A stretch of 64,000 nucleotides of DNA from Amoebophrya sp. A120 (lineage: Eukaryota; Protista; Dinoflagellata). Location: the NCBI GenBank assembly GCA_905178155.1, contig CAJINV010000001.1, positions 2,284,089 to 2,348,088 of the forward strand, given 5' to 3'. A program made the position numbers and the translations under genes. Positions 60,001 through 64,000 of this stretch are shown one piece after another (the stretch's first letter is position 1; each line of letters begins with the position of its first letter). The notes below the pieces were generated by a model that saw only the letters and a list, made by a program, of their open reading frames with translations, searched no databases and was not told the DNA's origin.

Positions 60001-61879
60001 GACCAGTCGTTGGGCCGCCGGCCTCGCCCAGATCATTCTGCGGGGAGGGTGACGTCCGCGGTTCTTGCGCGCCACTGTCCGCGCGCTTTGGCGAAGGCTG
60101 TCTGCCGCGGCCTCTGGGTGCGTCGTGAACATGAGGACCTTGAATATAATTCCCTCGTCCAGTGACCACATGATGCCCCGCAAAAGCTATTGGGCTGGTG
60201 CTTCTTACACCTCTAGGAACGTCATGCGCGGTAAGAACTTGAACTTTTGAGTTCTGCAAAAAGTTGTTGTCCGCGAGCAGATGCTGCGGTGCTTGTTGTG
60301 TCGAACCACTGCCCGCTTGTTCCGGCGCCCGGTTCATCCCCGGTGTAGCGCTGGAATTATGATGGTTAACACGAGAAGAAGAGCATGCTGCACCTCCTCG
60401 TCCAGAAAATTCTTGTCCTCGCACAACTAGCGGATCTTGTTCACGTCCCTGCCGTAATAGTACTGCTGCACCGCCCAGGGGTTGGTGTTCTTGTCGTTGT
60501 CGTGAAGATGAAGCTGCACCTGGACCTGCAGCCGCTCGTACTTCTACAACTTGATCACAAGAACTTGCTGAGCTGCTGGTATCGCCGCCGCTGCTCGCCG
60601 CTCGTCGCACGGGCGAGTCGTTGGATTCCGACGATGAAAAATCCAGATTTCCGAGCAGCTTGCTTCCTCTACTGCTACTTCGGGGGTTTGGACCGCGCAA
60701 CTTCGGGGGTTTGGACCGCGCCCGGGGTTGCTTCTGCTCGTCCACGTAACGCTTCACGTCTGCGAGCAGCACATCCATGCCATTCGCTCCTGTAGTTGTA
60801 TTTGGTGGGGATGGGGCTTCTTGTGGTGCTGTCGCCGAGCCACCTACATCTGAAGAAGTCTTGTTGCCCGCACGACTACTCGATATCACGGAAGACGAGG
60901 AGTCTGCAGAGGTCCGCAGTGGCCACGACCCAGGCTGTTGTTGTTGAACTTCATCTGGGGCGGGAGGCGCCTGCTGTGCTCCTTCTGCAGCTCCAAGTAT
61001 TTTTGCCTTCTGTAGTTGTGTACATCGGCCGACATAATTATTTTCTGTGCTTTTAATACTAGCAGGAGGTGGATCTACTTGTTCTTGTTCTCCTCGACGT
61101 GGTCCGATACAACTTGCAGCATCCTGCTCACAAAGAACTTCCTCGTTGTTTGTGCCTTCTATTTTTTGCTCCGCATGTTCTTGTTCTACTCGCGAAGGAA
61201 CTTGTTGCTGCTCCGCAACTCCACCTCCCGCCGTTCGTTCCGCCTGTGCTTGTTCTCCTCGCAAACCAGTTCCTGCCTCCACCTGCCCTTGCCGCGGCGG
61301 CAACAAGAAACCTTCTTGTGCGCGCTCCAGTGCCTGACTGGGCACCTCTGAATGACTGGATCCTTCATCGGCTCCTCCTGCACTACACGACCGGTCCTCT
61401 CGCGACGTCGAGGGTGGCCCTGCTTGCGCCGGGGTCGCATTCGATATTGAGCTTGTTCCGGATACGGACGCACTAGGTGGTCCAGCTACAGCTTGTTCGG
61501 CTGCAACCGCAACGGACAAACTTGACGCTGCAAACGTCCTCGTAGAGAGTTCTTGTGCTCGTCCTCTCCTGAATCTACTGTCGTGCTCCTTGTCGCCACT
61601 TTTTTCTAGAAAAACAACTTCAGGTGGCTGGAAAAAGAACGACCCTCCTTGGTCCGGCCATCGAGCGACGGCGCTCACCACCTCGTCCGCCTGTTCCTCG
61701 TCACCCCGCGAGGACCACCTCCTGCAGGAGGGATGTAATCCTGCGAGGACGAATATCAAAAGCGCGCGCATCGGTCGGAGAGCAGGCAGCGCTGCATTGA
61801 TTACACATATTTTCTTGCAGCTCATGGATTTTATTGTAGAAAAAACATTTATTCGTGCGCGTGAGTCAACGAGCGACAA
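54023..61879 (-). CDS. Giant (~2500 aa) low-complexity membrane protein of unknown function
   Basis: ORFs 56831-61879 and 54023-56746 join in frame (CVRSG|CSGAS) after removing introner 56614-56875. Signal-like MRALLIFVLAG, several TM-like stretches and a Cys cluster PCCGGCWCCCCCY. Confidence 0.75.
56614..56875. mobile_element. Introner family A
   Basis: TATCAACTGTAAAAATGTCTGGGTCTGGAAG ... CTTCCAGACCCAGACATTTTTGCATTTCATA. TSD GCCAC. 262 bp. Confidence 0.92.
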
Positions 61880-62525
61880 AGTGGTGCCGTTGCACCTGCC
61901 TTTCAGCGCACGAAAGAAGACGAGAAATTAACTACTAAAGGACTAACATACGGCATATATTATCAATTCATGCCAATCAATTTGGCAGCACGCATGTTAA
62001 ATTCATAGTCAAGTCATTAATATTGTCTTACTTCATTCAAATGCAACGGTTCCAAAAGCATTGATGTCCTGGACGATGAGAAGTTGCATAGAAATATTGT
62101 CTTTGCAAGAAGAAGAAGAAACTTTTTTTATTTTTTCAATTTCATCGCCCTAAAAATGCGATAGAGAACGGCGTCAAATTGGAAAAAGTCAACCATGAAA
62201 ATGAACGAAATATCAAAGCGATAAAACAGTTTTCTGGATCATTACAGGTTTTGATCATCGTCCGTTGATTGTAGTACTAGAACAACGACAAATCAACGGC
62301 AACATAATCGTTGCCAAAAATCAGCAATCCGCACGTAACTAACGCAAAATACTAAAGCCATTGGACTGTTAATTTCTCATCCGGATTCGCTGATCACACC
62401 CAACTCGTGGAAACTTTATTAACGATCTTGGTCTTAACTACTACGTTGTGGCTTTCATCTTAAGAGAAACGCGAACGCCGCTGCAAAGGAGACACATCAT
62501 CAAATAAAATCTCGAAAAAAATATT

Positions 62526-63965
62526 TCACCGTGCGTCCACGTTTGGCATGGCAGTAAATCGGATCAAGTGCAGCATGCGCATTAGGATTGCGTCATATGC
62601 CGCTTGGCTAAGCAGGAGATAAGGAACGGATCTGGCTTTGGTTGCCGTCGTTGTGCTAACTGAAGTAGACGACGACCGCATTCCGGTACTGTAAAAATCT
62701 GCATCATGCATCGACGACTCGCCTCGAAGACGTCTTTCCGTCGCGTTTGCCGCCCACAGTATGCCGAATTGCTGATCGTCACTGAGTACGACCTCGTAGT
62801 CGATAGACGCTTTCGGATGGCGCCGGAGACGGAAGTGATTATTGTAATTCCTCCTCTGGTTCATCTTGGGGGTCCTCCTCGCTGCGGGAGCTCCTGCTTG
62901 GTGAGCTACCTTTTGAAGAGTATCCTGCTGCTCGTCCGGAGGTACAGCAACCGGTTTCACTTTTGGCTGTGCCGCTGAAGAAGCAGCAGAAGCGTCACCG
63001 TGCTCGTCGACGCTCAACGCGGAAGACGGGTCGCGACCTTGTTTCTCGGTTGTACTTCTAGCAGTCCGGGAGGTGGTCTGAAATTCATGATTTTTCGTTG
63101 GCAGCTGGTCACCATCAACGTTCTGATCATGACCACGACCCTCTTCATCGCTAGTACAGCCTATTGCGTCCTTCTCAATGTCCCAGGTGGCCCCGAACCC
63201 CAGGAGGAGATACGGCAGCTGGCAAAAGAGTGCCTTGACATAATTGCTCACAGCGGTTCTTTCATCATCTCGAGCAGGTGAGCTCGTCGTCCGGAGCGCA
63301 GTGTAGTTTTCGTTCATCTGCCCGAGCAGGTTTTTGATTCCATCCTTCAGTTGTACTTCTAGATCATGCGCAGGAGCAACACTCTTCTCTTCTTCCAAAG
63401 CAGCCGCCTCGCTGGACCTCCAGACGGTGTACAGACGGGGCTCTACACGTGGTCGTGTCGGCGCAGAAGGTGCGATATGAAGATCATCCTGTACTAAAAT
63501 AGCATTGTTGTTCCGCCCGTCGCGGTCAAGACCACCATGAACAACCACAGGATTATACTTCTCGTCGAAAAAAATTTCCGCAGATGATACCATACTTCGC
63601 TTGTCGTGTTCATCAGGAAGAGCTGCGCCAGTCGACGTCCTGTCGGAAAATAGAATGTGTCTGCTCAGCGCCAGGTTTAGTCCTCTGGTAAATTTCCCAC
63701 GCAAAACTGCGTCGAAGAGCGGCAGGGCCGAAAAAATTCTCATGCCCTCGAAGTCGGTCAAGATCGACGCATAAGCAAGCGACCGCTGCGGAAAAGATCG
63801 AGCGCCGTGGTTTGGAAGATTATTTTGAACAGCTGCGGTCTTTCCAGGTGTAGTTCTGGTTCCCTGTATGTTGATGTGCGGATCGTCCCAAAAACGCAAG
63901 CGGGGCGTCGCGACATCATGTGAAGCGACGTTGCTATCTTGAGTTTCCTGTTTCCTACCCCCCAT
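62526..63965 (-). CDS. Hypothetical protein (may extend beyond the window)
   Basis: 479-aa ORF on the cluster strand with no recognisable motif. Confidence 0.55.
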   Translation of the reverse strand: MGGRKQETQDSNVASHDVATPRLRFWDDPHINIQGTRTTPGKTAAVQNNLPNHGARSFPQRSLAYASILTDFEGMRIFSALPLFDAVLRGKFTRGLNLALSRHILFSDRTSTGAALPDEHDKRSMVSSAEIFFDEKYNPVVVHGGLDRDGRNNNAILVQDDLHIAPSAPTRPRVEPRLYTVWRSSEAAALEEEKSVAPAHDLEVQLKDGIKNLLGQMNENYTALRTTSSPARDDERTAVSNYVKALFCQLPYLLLGFGATWDIEKDAIGCTSDEEGRGHDQNVDGDQLPTKNHEFQTTSRTARSTTEKQGRDPSSALSVDEHGDASAASSAAQPKVKPVAVPPDEQQDTLQKVAHQAGAPAARRTPKMNQRRNYNNHFRLRRHPKASIDYEVVLSDDQQFGILWAANATERRLRGESSMHDADFYSTGMRSSSTSVSTTTATKARSVPYLLLSQAAYDAILMRMLHLIRFTAMPNVDAR

Positions 63966-64000
63966 GGTCCTCTCACGCGCAGGAGCTTCTTCTGGAAGAG

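Noticed and set aside
1-64000. tRNA/rRNA genes and dinoflagellate spliced-leader relics
   Set aside because: None were recognised by eye. A covariance-model scan (tRNAscan-SE/Rfam) would be needed to exclude them.

Overview
Compact eukaryotic protist DNA, most consistent with the parasitic dinoflagellate lineage Amoebophrya/Syndiniales. That assignment is inferred from the unidirectional gene cluster and inverted-repeat introner introns, not from a search. About 16 host genes all lie on the minus strand: coiled-coil protein, ankyrin protein, pore-less voltage-sensor protein, large ARM-like protein, two RPLP1 paralogs, dynamitin-like, macrodomain, DHRS1-like SDR, HAD-like protein, RAP-domain protein, UTP25, AMMECR1, a giant low-complexity membrane protein and hypotheticals. 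Their exons are interrupted by about 19 MITE-like introners from at least 6 sequence families. These have TA-initiated terminal inverted repeats (TIRs) and 5-bp target duplications (TSDs), and precise removal restores the reading frame, almost always without GT-AG ends. The standout is a ~6.2-kb intergenic mobile element (31935-38132) with TIRs of at least 179 bp that start TATG and an 8-bp TSD (GAAGTTGC). It carries a tyrosine-recombinase gene and a divergent 7-exon orphan gene. Its TIRs contain the same GCAT(G/C)ACAA-type motif found in every introner family, making it a candidate autonomous partner of the introners. Three GC-rich non-coding inserts are also present.
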